DNA of 64,000 nucleotides, taken from contig CAKZUE010000068.1 of assembly GCA_937920635.1 (NCBI GenBank), forward strand, positions 7,999 through 71,998, read 5' to 3'. The stretch is from an uncultured Bryobacteraceae bacterium (GTDB taxonomy: Bacteria; Acidobacteriota; Terriglobia; Bryobacterales; Bryobacteraceae). The notes beneath the pieces are model-generated. The model had not been told where the DNA came from, did no database searches, and worked only from the letters and a program-made list of their open reading frames with translations. Of this stretch, positions 10,012 through 18,465 are shown piece by piece; the stretch's first letter is position 1, and each line of letters opens with the position of its first letter. Both the position numbers and the translations under genes were made by a program.

Positions 10012-10753
10012 TCTCGACGTGGGTGCGGATGAACTGCCAGTCCGGCAATTCGTACACCCGCAGGGGCGTCACCAGCGGCGCCTCCATGTCTTTCACACCA
10101 TAGGCGGGGATCGAGCCGGGCGCCGCCTCCACTACGGCGATCACCGCGTCTCCAGGCGCCGCGTTAGCAGCCTGCATCGTGATCCGCAGCCGGAACCCTG
10201 CCAGTTGGGCAGGCGCGTGATTCACCACCACAAACCGCACCATCAGCTTCTTGTCTTTGCCCTCCAGCAACCGCACGCCAGTCACTTCCAGATACTTGGC
10301 GAACGGGTGCGTGGAAGCTTGCGGCTGCGGCGCTTCCAGGGCAGCGGATTTGGCCGCAGTGCCCGCGCTGCCGCTGCTCGAAGAGACATAGCGGTACAGC
10401 AGGAACAGCCCTCCTCCCACCACGGCCAGCGTGATCACCGCCGCCAGCCATGCGGGCATCGAACGCCGCCCCTTCTGTTCACCGATCACATACACCGGCT
10501 GCTCCTGAGGCGCCGCGGCCGGCGGCGCCCATGCAGCCGCCGATGGCGGCGGTGGCGGCGGACCGGGCGTCCAGGCGGGCGGTGGCCCTGCCTGCGGGGG
10601 CGGCGGAGCCTGTGGAGTTGCTCTGGCAGGCGGGGGAGCGGGCATCTCGGGTGTTGCGGGCGCCGCCGCGCGCTTTCTCTCCGCGCAGCGCGGGCACTCC
10701 GATTCCGACGGCGGCACCTCGGCGCCGCACACCGGACAGATCCAGGTGAACAT
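9995..10753 (-). CDS. zinc-ribbon / proline-rich single-pass membrane protein
   Basis: N-terminal CPVCGAEVPPSESECPRC zinc ribbon, a ~70-aa Pro/Ala-rich linker, one TM helix (AWLAAVITLAVVGGGLFLLY), then a ~130-aa C-terminal domain. GGAAGGAG Shine-Dalgarno 5 nt upstream of the ATG. Confidence 0.6.
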   Translation of the reverse strand: MFTWICPVCGAEVPPSESECPRCAERKRAAAPATPEMPAPPPARATPQAPPPPQAGPPPAWTPGPPPPPPSAAAWAPPAAAPQEQPVYVIGEQKGRRSMPAWLAAVITLAVVGGGLFLLYRYVSSSSGSAGTAAKSAALEAPQPQASTHPFAKYLEVTGVRLLEGKDKKLMVRFVVVNHAPAQLAGFRLRITMQAANAAPGDAVIAVVEAAPGSIPAYGVKDMEAPLVTPLRVYELPDWQFIRTHVEIIDSK

Positions 10754-10804
10754 CGATGCTCCTTCCTCACACTATAGGACGCGCCCGGACGGCAACCGGA
10801 CACA

Positions 10805-11911
10805 CTAAGCGATCCGGTACCGCTCCACTGCCGCCTCGTCGAGTTCGATGCCGAACCCCGGTGCGGAGCGCGGCTCGATCCATCCGTCCACAACTTTCAT
10901 CGGGTCCTTCAGCAGCGAATCGAACATCTTCACGCCCGACGATGCCGGGAAGTACTCGATGAAGATGGCGTTCGGCAGCGCCGCGCACAACTGCGTGTGC
11001 ACGTCCCAGTGATAGTGAGGCGCCACGGGAATGTCGAACGCTGCCGCCATGTGCGCGATCTTCAGCCACTCGCTCACCCCGCCACAGACCGTCGCATCGG
11101 GCTGGAGGATCGATGCCGCCTTGCGCTCCACCAGTTCGGCAAACGCCCATCGTGTCGCCTCCAGTTCGCCCGTCGCCACAGGCGTCCGGACCTTCGCGGC
11201 GATCTGCGCCATCGCCGCGAGATTGTCGGCGCGCACCGGTTCCTCGATCCAGTCAGGACGGAACTCCTCCAGCCGCTCCATCGCCGCGACCGCCTCCGGC
11301 GCGCTTTTCCAGCCGCCGTTGGCGTCGAGCAAAATCTCGAACTCTTCGCCCAGCGCCTTGCGCACCGCGCCCACGCGCCGCGCGTCTTCCGCCGCCGTCA
11401 GCGCGCCCACCTTCAGCTTCACCGCGGTGAAGCCCGTCTCCGCCGTTGCTGACACCTCGCGCACCAGCTCTTCGACCGTTTGCCCCGCGCGGTAGTAGCC
11501 GCCCGTGGCGTAGCATCGCATCCGCCGCCGGTGCACGCCCAGCAGCTCCATCACCGGCAGCCCGGCGGCCTTGCCGCGCAGGTCCCACAAGGCGATGTCA
11601 ATGGCGCTGATCGCCCGCAGCGCCGCGCCGCGGCGGCCCGCCTGAATCGACTGCCGGTACATTTCCGCCCACAAATATTCCGTGTCGAGCGCATCCGCGC
11701 CCAGCAGAATGGGGCGGTAGATCTCGTCGATCAGGCTGAGCATCGCGCGCGAGCCGTCATAGCCGAGGGCGAAGCCCAGTCCCTCTGCGCCCTCTTCCGT
11801 GCGGATCTTCACGATCAGATGATCGCGGTGCGTGATCCGCCGCACCGCGTCCGCCACCGGCTGGGGCAGCGGGATGGAAACGGCCAGCGCTTCGACTTCG
11901 CGGATCTTCAT
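10805..11911 (-). CDS. enolase-superfamily enzyme (mandelate racemase/muconate lactonizing family; probable sugar-acid dehydratase)
   Basis: Begins MKIREVEALAVSIPLPQPV. Contains AISAIDIALWDLRGKAAGLPVMELLG, LLDANGGW and WIEEP. The Arg-rich 115-aa N-terminal extension of the raw ORF is rejected. Confidence 0.88.
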   Translation of the reverse strand: MKIREVEALAVSIPLPQPVADAVRRITHRDHLIVKIRTEEGAEGLGFALGYDGSRAMLSLIDEIYRPILLGADALDTEYLWAEMYRQSIQAGRRGAALRAISAIDIALWDLRGKAAGLPVMELLGVHRRRMRCYATGGYYRAGQTVEELVREVSATAETGFTAVKLKVGALTAAEDARRVGAVRKALGEEFEILLDANGGWKSAPEAVAAMERLEEFRPDWIEEPVRADNLAAMAQIAAKVRTPVATGELEATRWAFAELVERKAASILQPDATVCGGVSEWLKIAHMAAAFDIPVAPHYHWDVHTQLCAALPNAIFIEYFPASSGVKMFDSLLKDPMKVVDGWIEPRSAPGFGIELDEAAVERYRIA

Positions 11912-11916
11912 CTCGC

Positions 11917-11922
11917 TACGAT
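11917..11922 (+). promoter_or_regulatory. candidate -10 (TACGAT) placed for a leaderless transcript of the gene at 11929
   Basis: TACGAT, 6 nt (AATGGC), then ATG at 11929. No Shine-Dalgarno. The whole divergent intergenic region is 17 bp. Confidence 0.45.
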
Positions 11923-11923
11923 A
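11918..11923 (-). promoter_or_regulatory. candidate -10 (TATCGT) placed for a leaderless transcript of the gene at 11911
   Basis: The minus strand reads TATCGT, 6 nt (AGCGAG), then ATG at 11911. It overlaps the opposite-strand TACGAT box by 5 bp. Confidence 0.45.
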
Positions 11924-11928
11924 ATGGC

Positions 11929-12516
11929 ATGGAGCTGCTCGCCGGTGCGCTGGCGGACTCTGTGGCGTTGCTGGCGGGCGCGTGGAACCCGCCCACGCGC
12001 GCCCATGTCGAACTGGCCCGCGCCGCGCTCGGCTGGGCCCGCCGCGCCGTGTTCGTGCTGCCCCGCGCCTTTCCGCACAAGCCGCTGGAGGGCGCTTCCT
12101 TCGAGCAGCGGACCCAGTGGATCCGCGCGCTGGCTGCCCTGCACCCGCTCTTCGCTGCTGCTGTGAGCGATGGCGGGCTCTTTCTCGAGATGGCGCGCGA
12201 GGCGCGGACGCTCGGCGCGCGGCGCGTCTTCCACGTCTGCGGCAGCGACGCCGCCGCACGCATTCTCGGTTGGGACTACGGCCCTTTGCCCCCCATCGGC
12301 CAGCAGCTCGATGAGTACGAACTGCTGGTCGCTCCCAGGCCCCTGCCTTTCGCGCCCCCGCCCCATCTGCGCGCCCGCGTCCACACGCTCATCGTGCCGG
12401 CATCGCTCGACGGCATTTCCTCCTCCGAAGTCCGCCGCCGCATCCGCGACGGCGAGCCGTGGCGCCACCTCGTGCCGGATTGGATCGCCAGCGAAGTGGA
12501 AAAAGCCTACCGCTGA
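11929..12516 (+). CDS. nicotinate/nicotinamide-nucleotide adenylyltransferase-like (cytidylyltransferase fold)
   Basis: 195-aa ORF. Has GAWNPPTRAH in place of the (H/T)xGH motif and the C-terminal ISSSEVRRRI (ISST-x-x-R) motif of NadD-type enzymes. Confidence 0.6.
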   Translation: MELLAGALADSVALLAGAWNPPTRAHVELARAALGWARRAVFVLPRAFPHKPLEGASFEQRTQWIRALAALHPLFAAAVSDGGLFLEMAREARTLGARRVFHVCGSDAAARILGWDYGPLPPIGQQLDEYELLVAPRPLPFAPPPHLRARVHTLIVPASLDGISSSEVRRRIRDGEPWRHLVPDWIASEVEKAYR

Positions 12517-12541
12517 TCTGGCCCGCGCCGCGCGTTCTCGA

Positions 12542-12547
12542 TAGACT
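12542..12547 (+). promoter_or_regulatory. candidate -10 (TAGACT) placed for a leaderless transcript starting at ATG 12554
   Basis: TAGACT, 6 nt (GTGCCC), then ATG 12554. No Shine-Dalgarno. Confidence 0.45.
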
Positions 12548-12553
12548 GTGCCC

Positions 12554-13720
12554 ATGCAGCGCCGTACGTTTCTCTGCTCTGCCGGCGCCTTCGTCCAGCC
12601 GCCGGACCGCATCCGCGCGGGCGTCATCGGCTCGGGAGGCCGCGGGCGCCTGCTCACGGCCGAGTTCAAGGAGATCGGCGCCGAGATCGCCGCTGTCTGC
12701 GACGTCTATCAGCCGAACCTCGACGCCGGGCTCAAGGCCGCCAGCACGGGCGCCCGTGGATACAGGGACTACCGCCGCCTTCTCGAAGACACAAGCCTGC
12801 ACGCTGTCATCATCGCCACACCCGATCACTGGCACGCCCGGATGGTCATCGACGCTGTGGAAGCGGGCAAGGACGTCTACGTCGAGAAGCCGCTCACCCA
12901 CACGATTGAAGAGGCGTTGCAGGTCGTCGATGCCGTTCGCCGCACCCGCCGCATCGTTCAGGTCGGCACGCAGCGCCGCAGCGCCCCTCTCTTTCATGAG
13001 GCGAGAAGCATTGTCACATCCGGGCGCCTGGGCGACGTGCGGCTCGTCAATTCCTGGTGGCTGAACCACCAGGCTTCGCTGGCGCGCCGCCCGCTCGAGG
13101 GAGAGCTCGATTGGGAACAGTGGCTCGGCCCCGCCCCCCGCCGTCCCTTCGACCCGATGCGTTTCTTCAACTGGTATTACTACTTCGACTACTCCGGCGG
13201 CCTGCTGATCGGGCAGGCGGCGCACATGGTGGATGTCTTCCACTGGTTCATGAACTCCGCCGCTCCGCTCGCCGTCACCTGCTCCGGAGGGCGCGTGAAC
13301 CTGGAAGGGGCGGAGATCACCGACACGGCTTCCATCCTGATCGAATACCCCGAGAATTACTTCGCCGTGTTCACCCTCGGCTACAAGGCGATGCGCTATC
13401 ACCCGCGGCAGGACCAGCTCGCCCAGTTCCACGGCTCGCGGGCGCGGCTCGACGTCGGACGCGAACACTTCCGCCTGTACCCGGAAACCAACCAGCCGGA
13501 GCTGACGCCTGAACGGGAGGAGAGCCGGCCGGGATCGTTCGGGGCGGCCACGCGGGATCACATACGCAATTTCCTCGATTGCGTCCGCTCGCGCCGCGAG
13601 CCGAACGCGCCCGTGGAGGCCGGCCTGTCCGCCGTCATCGTGCTGTCCATGACGCTCGATTCGCTCCGCGCCGGCCGGCGCCTGAAGTGGAACGCCGCCG
13701 CCCGCCGCGTGGAAACATAA
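12554..13720 (+). CDS. Tat-signal Gfo/Idh/MocA family oxidoreductase
   Basis: MQRRTFLCSAGAF twin-arginine N-terminus, a Rossmann motif (IRAGVIGSGGRG), and IATPDHWHA / GKDVYVEKP motifs typical of the family. ATG 12554 is preferred over GTG 12548 because of the -10 spacing. Confidence 0.88.
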   Translation: MQRRTFLCSAGAFVQPPDRIRAGVIGSGGRGRLLTAEFKEIGAEIAAVCDVYQPNLDAGLKAASTGARGYRDYRRLLEDTSLHAVIIATPDHWHARMVIDAVEAGKDVYVEKPLTHTIEEALQVVDAVRRTRRIVQVGTQRRSAPLFHEARSIVTSGRLGDVRLVNSWWLNHQASLARRPLEGELDWEQWLGPAPRRPFDPMRFFNWYYYFDYSGGLLIGQAAHMVDVFHWFMNSAAPLAVTCSGGRVNLEGAEITDTASILIEYPENYFAVFTLGYKAMRYHPRQDQLAQFHGSRARLDVGREHFRLYPETNQPELTPEREESRPGSFGAATRDHIRNFLDCVRSRREPNAPVEAGLSAVIVLSMTLDSLRAGRRLKWNAAARRVET

Positions 13721-13743
13721 GAAAGAGGTTCTGGTTTTTTTAC

Positions 13744-15111
13744 ATGAGCACTGAAAACATCCCCTCCCGCCGCCTGTTCCTTGCCGCCGCCGGCTCGCTG
13801 GCCGCGGCGCGCGCCGCCCAGGCGAAGAAAATCAAGCCCACGGTCTCCGCCCGCTCCGCCGCCCGCACTCTTGGCGCCAATGACCGCATCCGCGTCGGCA
13901 TGATCGGCGTCGGCATCATGGGCACCGGCCACCTGCGCGCTTTCGTCCGCCAGCAGGAGCAGGACAAAGACATTGAGGTGGCCGCCGTCTGCGACGTCTA
14001 CCAGCGCCATCGCGAGCGGGCGAGAGCCATCTCGAAGCTGGAAGACAAGGATCTCTATATCGACTACCGTGAGCTGCTCGCACGCCCGGACATTGATTGC
14101 GTTCTGATCGCCACGCCCGATCACTGGCACGCCCAGATGGCCATCGATGCCTTCGCCGCAGGCAAAGACGTCTACCTGCAAAAGCCGAGCACGCTCACGG
14201 TGGACGAGAGCGCGCAGGTCATGGAAGCCGCGGCGAAATACGGCCGCGTGCTTCAGGTCGGCAGCCAGTTTCTCTCCGACCAGCGCTGGCACAAGGTGAA
14301 GGAGTTGATCGGCGAAGGCGCCATCGGCGAGGTCCTGTGGGGCCAGACCACCTACAGCCGGAACTCCGTCGCCGGCGAGTGGAACTATTACATCGACGAA
14401 GAAGCATCGCCGGAAACCATCGACTGGAAGCGCTGGCTGGGACCCGCCCCGAAGCGCCCGTTCAGCGCCGAGCGCTTCTTCCGCTGGCGCAAGTATTGGG
14501 ACTATTCGAACGGCATCGCCAGCGATCTTTATTATCACCGGGTGGGCCCGATGCTGTTCGCCATGGGGCCTGCGTATCCAACGCGCGTCTCCGGCGGCGG
14601 CGGCATCTACGTGCAGAAAGACCGCGAAGTGCCCGACACGCTGGCGATGATCGCCGAATACCCGAACTTCATGATCGTCGTGGCTGGCTCGATGGCCAAC
14701 AGCGCGCCGAACCGGTATCTGCCTCAGGTTGTCTACGGCCACTCCGGCACCATCGTCGTTGAGAACGACCGTGTCCTCGTCACTCCGGAGATGTTCGTCG
14801 CCAAAGCGTTGCAGCGGCCTGCCGAGGCGCAGACGTTCGAATTCAAGAACGCCCAGCGCGAGATGAACCGCCGCCACACGGACAACTTCTTCGAGTGCAT
14901 GCGCACGCGCAAGACCCCCGTGCTGGGGCCTGAGCTGGCGCACCAGGTGATGCTTTCCGTGATGCTTGGATGCGAGAGCTACCGCCAGGGCGAGATGAGG
15001 CTGTACGACGCTGCCGCCCGCAAGCGCACGCGCCGCGCCTCCGCGCGCCCCGCCTACGAAGGCGAAGGCAGAAACCACCCCCTGGGCCCGAAGAAGGAGC
15101 CATCCGTCTGA
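13744..15111 (+). CDS. Tat-signal Gfo/Idh/MocA family oxidoreductase (paralog)
   Basis: MSTENIPSRRLFLAAAGSLAAARAAQA signal, IRVGMIGVGIMG, IATPDHWHAQMAIDAFAAGKDVYLQKP. The upstream 55-aa extension of the raw ORF overlaps the previous gene and is rejected. Confidence 0.88.
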   Translation: MSTENIPSRRLFLAAAGSLAAARAAQAKKIKPTVSARSAARTLGANDRIRVGMIGVGIMGTGHLRAFVRQQEQDKDIEVAAVCDVYQRHRERARAISKLEDKDLYIDYRELLARPDIDCVLIATPDHWHAQMAIDAFAAGKDVYLQKPSTLTVDESAQVMEAAAKYGRVLQVGSQFLSDQRWHKVKELIGEGAIGEVLWGQTTYSRNSVAGEWNYYIDEEASPETIDWKRWLGPAPKRPFSAERFFRWRKYWDYSNGIASDLYYHRVGPMLFAMGPAYPTRVSGGGGIYVQKDREVPDTLAMIAEYPNFMIVVAGSMANSAPNRYLPQVVYGHSGTIVVENDRVLVTPEMFVAKALQRPAEAQTFEFKNAQREMNRRHTDNFFECMRTRKTPVLGPELAHQVMLSVMLGCESYRQGEMRLYDAAARKRTRRASARPAYEGEGRNHPLGPKKEPSV

Positions 15112-15152
15112 CAGGCAGACCAAAAGGGAAACTCCGGCCAATCAAAAAACGA

Positions 15153-15194
15153 AACCGGGGGACAGTCCCGCCCGGGCGCGCTTGTCCCCCGGTT
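15153..15194 (+). terminator. candidate terminator hairpin after the oxidoreductase pair
   Basis: 12-bp stem AACCGGGGGACA (15153-15164) / TGTCCCCCGGTT (15183-15194) with a GC-rich loop. The U-tract is weak (GTTGTTCCC). Confidence 0.45.
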
Positions 15195-15269
15195 GTTCCC
15201 GTGATCGTTATTCGATTCTCCAGAATGTCCGCTTTGTGTTGTCCCGGCCGTGTTACGAAGGCGATGAAG

Positions 15270-15275
15270 TAGGAT
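15270..15275 (+). promoter_or_regulatory. candidate -10 (TAGGAT) placed for a leaderless transcript of the gene at 15282
   Basis: TAGGAT, 6 nt (GGGCGC), then ATG 15282. No Shine-Dalgarno. Confidence 0.45.
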
Positions 15276-15281
15276 GGGCGC

Positions 15282-16754
15282 ATGAAACTCGCGTTGGCGG
15301 CTTGGATGTGCGCGGGATGGCTCTCCGCGCAGAGCGGGCCTTTTCCACAGAGCAGCGACGTCGGCATAACTGGTCTGCCGGGGCGCACCGTATTCGATGC
15401 GGCATCGGCCACATACCGCATCACCGCCGCAGGGGCCAATATCTGGGCCTCCGAAGACGGCTTTCATTTCGCCTGGAAGCAGGTGGCCGGGGACGTGACC
15501 GTCACGGCGGATGTCTCCTGGCCTGACACGGGCGGCCATGCGCACAAGAAAGCCGGCCCGATGCTGCGAGCCACGCTGGATGCGGATTCGCCGCACGCAA
15601 GCGTCATGGTTCATGCCGACGGGCTGATCAGTCTGCAATTCCGGCGTGCCAAGGGGGGCACCACGGAAGAGATCCGCTCGCCGCTGAAGGCGCCGGCGCG
15701 GGTGCGCCTGGCCCGGCACGGCAACGTGATCAGCTTCGAAGTCGCGCGCCCCGGCGAGCCGTTCCAGCCGGGCGGCGCGCTCACGGTGGAGCTGCCGGAG
15801 ACCCTGCACGCCGGCCTGGCTGTGTGCTCGCACGACGCCACGCGCACGGAGACCGCCATGCTCTCGGGCGTCGAGCTGATCGAGGACGGCGTGGTTCCGG
15901 ACAGCGAACGCGTTGTCGAATCGACGCTCGAGACCGTCGATATCCGCACCGGCGAGCGGCGCATCGTGCGGCGCGCGCTCGAGCACTTTGAAGCGCCCAA
16001 CTGGACGCCCGACGGCAAGGCCCTCATCTACAACGGCGGCGGCCGCATCTGGCGCATTCCTGTCGAGGGCGGCGCGCCGGAGCTGATCCCCACCGGCGAT
16101 GTCCGTTGCAACAACGATCATGTCCTCTCCGCCGACGGCAGGTGGCTGGCCATCAGCGGCAGCTTGGGGCGCGATCCGTCGAAGATCTATGTCGTGCCCG
16201 TCACAGGCGGCACGCCGCGGCTCGTCACCGAGAAAGGGCCGTCTTACCTGCACGGCTGGTCGCCGGACATGAAGAAGCTGGTTTATTGCGCACAGCGGGA
16301 CGGCGAGTACGACATCTACGAGATCACCGCTGAGGGTGGCGCGGAGAAACGGCTCACCGATGCGCGCGGCCTCGATGACGGGCCAGAGTACTCGCCCGAC
16401 GGCAGGCTCATCTACTTCAACTCGGAGCGCACAGGGCTGATGCGCATCTGGGGCATGAACGCCGACGGCAGCGGGCAGCGGATGATCTCTCAGGGGCCGG
16501 AATCGGCGGACTGGTTCGCGCACTTTTCCCCGGATGGGAAATGGATCGCGTATCTTTCTTATGACAAGAGCGTGCAGGGGCACCCGCCGAACAGGGACGT
16601 GGTGATCCGGCTGGCGGAGGCAAGCGGAGCGAACCCGCGCGTGCTGGTGACGCTGTTCGGCGGACAGGGCACGATGAACGTGCCCAACTGGTCGCCCGAT
16701 TCGACCCGATTTGCGTTCGTCAGCTACCGGCTGGTGAAGAAGCGCGTGAGATGA
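15282..16754 (+). CDS. secreted protein: N-terminal LamG/DUF1349-like beta-sandwich plus PD40 (TolB-type) beta-propeller repeats
   Basis: Signal peptide MKLALAAWMCAGWLSAQS. Repeated PD40-like strands: NWTPDGKALIY, LSADGRWLAISG, GWSPDMKKLVY, YSPDGRLIYFNSERTG, FSPDGKWIAYLSY, NWSPDSTRFAFVSY. Confidence 0.75.
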   Translation: MKLALAAWMCAGWLSAQSGPFPQSSDVGITGLPGRTVFDAASATYRITAAGANIWASEDGFHFAWKQVAGDVTVTADVSWPDTGGHAHKKAGPMLRATLDADSPHASVMVHADGLISLQFRRAKGGTTEEIRSPLKAPARVRLARHGNVISFEVARPGEPFQPGGALTVELPETLHAGLAVCSHDATRTETAMLSGVELIEDGVVPDSERVVESTLETVDIRTGERRIVRRALEHFEAPNWTPDGKALIYNGGGRIWRIPVEGGAPELIPTGDVRCNNDHVLSADGRWLAISGSLGRDPSKIYVVPVTGGTPRLVTEKGPSYLHGWSPDMKKLVYCAQRDGEYDIYEITAEGGAEKRLTDARGLDDGPEYSPDGRLIYFNSERTGLMRIWGMNADGSGQRMISQGPESADWFAHFSPDGKWIAYLSYDKSVQGHPPNRDVVIRLAEASGANPRVLVTLFGGQGTMNVPNWSPDSTRFAFVSYRLVKKRVR

Positions 16755-16917
16755 AGCGAGGTCCCGGAGCGGGGACCGTGCTTCGGGTGCAGCGGGACAG
16801 CCGATGACTCCGGCCGCTCAAGCGGCCTTCGTGCGCGGCACAGAACCACTATCCGCCCTTTGAATGATCTCCGCCGGCGATTCCAGCCGCCGCACGGGCG
16901 GCCTCAGATCAACGGGC

Positions 16918-17121
16918 TCAAGAGAAGCCGCCGCGGGGCGCGCAGCCGCCACCGGACTTCGAGGATGACGACGAACCGCCGATCGCACAGGCGGAGACTT
17001 CCCGGCGCACATTGCGGCTGCCGCACAGAGGGCACTCGAGGTTCGTGTCCGCCTCGCTCATCCGGCGGAGCTGTTCGTATTTGGCGCCGCACTGCTGGCA
17101 GCGGTATTCGTACATCGGCAT
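16918..17121 (-). CDS. FmdB-family zinc-ribbon protein (CxxC_CxxC_SSSS)
   Basis: MPMYEYRCQQCGAKYEQLRRMSEADTNLECPLCGS followed by a Gly/Ser-rich tail. AGAGGG Shine-Dalgarno upstream. Confidence 0.85.
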   Translation of the reverse strand: MPMYEYRCQQCGAKYEQLRRMSEADTNLECPLCGSRNVRREVSACAIGGSSSSSKSGGGCAPRGGFS

Positions 17122-17184
17122 CGGTTGACCCTCTGCCTTGAGGATGCACGGGCGTCTGCGCAGGTGACAGACACACGGAGCGCT

Positions 17185-18447
17185 TCAGGCGGCCTGTTCG
17201 CCCAGCTTGCGCATATCGCCCAGGAACACGTGCACGCAGGTCCAGCCAATCAGGTGGAAGCTGCCCATGATCACGAACACCGGCAGGTAGCCGAACCAGG
17301 TGATCAGGAAGCCCGGGACCAACGCGGTGAAGAACACGCCGCCCACGCCGCCGAGGAAGCCGCCCAGCCCCGTCACGGACGCCACGGCGGATTTCGGGAA
17401 GACGTCGGAAACCGTCGTGTAGAGGTTCGCGGACCAGCCCTGATGCGCTGCCGTCGCCAGCGAGATCAGCGCAATGGCCATCCACGTCTTCGGCATGATC
17501 ACCGCCGTGGCGGCGACGGGCATGCAGAGAGCGAAGAACCCCATGGTCACCTTGCGCGCCTTCCCGTTCGGCCAGCCGCGGCGGATGAGAAAGCCGCTGA
17601 ACCAGCCGCCGAACACGCTGCCGAAATCCGCCATCAGATAGATCACCGGCAGCGCCCAGCCGATCTGCTCGAGGCTCAAACCGCGGGCTTCCTTGAAATA
17701 GAGCGTGAGCCACGTCAGGTAGAACCACCACACGGGATCGGAGAAAAACTTCGCCAGCGCGAAACCGTAAGTCTGGCGGATGCGCAGCGCCTGCGCCCAC
17801 CCCACGCGCGCCTCATTCTTCTCCTCCGGGTCGCTTTCGATGATGGCGAGCTCGGCTTCGTTCACCCAGCGATGCTGGCGCGGCACGCGATAAAAGAACC
17901 ACCATGCAGCCAGGCAGAACGCGCCGGTGGATGCCGTGATCAGGAAACAGGTGCGCCAGCCTAAGTGCCCGTTCATCCAGACGAACAACGGCGGTCCGAT
18001 CATGGTGGCTACATTGGTGCCCGCGTTAAAAATGCCGGTTGCGAAGGCGCGGTCGCGCTTGGGAAACCACTCGGTCACCGCCTTGATCGCCGCCGGGAAG
18101 TTGCCGCTTTCGCCGAGTCCCAGCAACGCCCGCCAGAAGCTGAGCTGAAGCCAGCTCGTGCTGAGCGCATGCAGCCCCGCAGCCACGCTCCACAGCGTGA
18201 TGGCGCCCGCGTAGCCTTTCCGTGTGCCCACGCGGTCGATCCACCAGCCCATCAGCAGAAAGCCGCCCGCGTAGGCGGCTTGAAACGCGGCGCTGACGTA
18301 CCCATACTCGACCTTGGTGAAGTGCATGTCGTCGAGGATCACCGGGCTGAGAACGCCGAGGATGATCCGGTCGAGGTAGTTGTTCGTGGTAATCAGGAAC
18401 AGGAGGGCGAGGATCCACCAGCGGGTCTTCGTCGGATTCGGATGCAC
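17185..18447 (-). CDS. MFS transporter (hexuronate/sugar-acid ExuT-like)
   Basis: 420-aa ORF with 12 predicted helices. N-terminus RWWILALLFLITTNNYLDRIILGVLSPVI is typical of the ExuT/GudP-type anion:cation symporter subfamily. GTG start. Confidence 0.85.
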   Translation of the reverse strand: MHPNPTKTRWWILALLFLITTNNYLDRIILGVLSPVILDDMHFTKVEYGYVSAAFQAAYAGGFLLMGWWIDRVGTRKGYAGAITLWSVAAGLHALSTSWLQLSFWRALLGLGESGNFPAAIKAVTEWFPKRDRAFATGIFNAGTNVATMIGPPLFVWMNGHLGWRTCFLITASTGAFCLAAWWFFYRVPRQHRWVNEAELAIIESDPEEKNEARVGWAQALRIRQTYGFALAKFFSDPVWWFYLTWLTLYFKEARGLSLEQIGWALPVIYLMADFGSVFGGWFSGFLIRRGWPNGKARKVTMGFFALCMPVAATAVIMPKTWMAIALISLATAAHQGWSANLYTTVSDVFPKSAVASVTGLGGFLGGVGGVFFTALVPGFLITWFGYLPVFVIMGSFHLIGWTCVHVFLGDMRKLGEQAA

Positions 18448-18454
18448 GAAGCCG

Positions 18455-18460
18455 ATTATA
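18455..18460 (-). promoter_or_regulatory. candidate -10 (perfect TATAAT) 7 nt upstream of the MFS GTG start
   Basis: The minus strand reads TATAAT, then CGGCTTC (7 nt), then GTG (18447). The same AT core read on the plus strand gives GATTAT, 6 nt, then ATG 18466. Confidence 0.45.
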
Positions 18461-18465
18461 CTGAA

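Noticed and set aside
10805-12259. Long N-terminal extensions in the raw ORF track. Examples are the 484-aa version of the enolase-superfamily gene, 13579-15111, 17965-19194, 19876-21717, 21612-22574, 24592-26277, 26852-28003, 28000-28389, 48523-49857, 56933-57682 and 62519-63976.
   Set aside because: The extensions are Arg/Pro/Ala-rich and lack homology-like motifs. They overlap the neighbouring genes and precede internal starts that reproduce the conserved N-termini or signal peptides of the families concerned.
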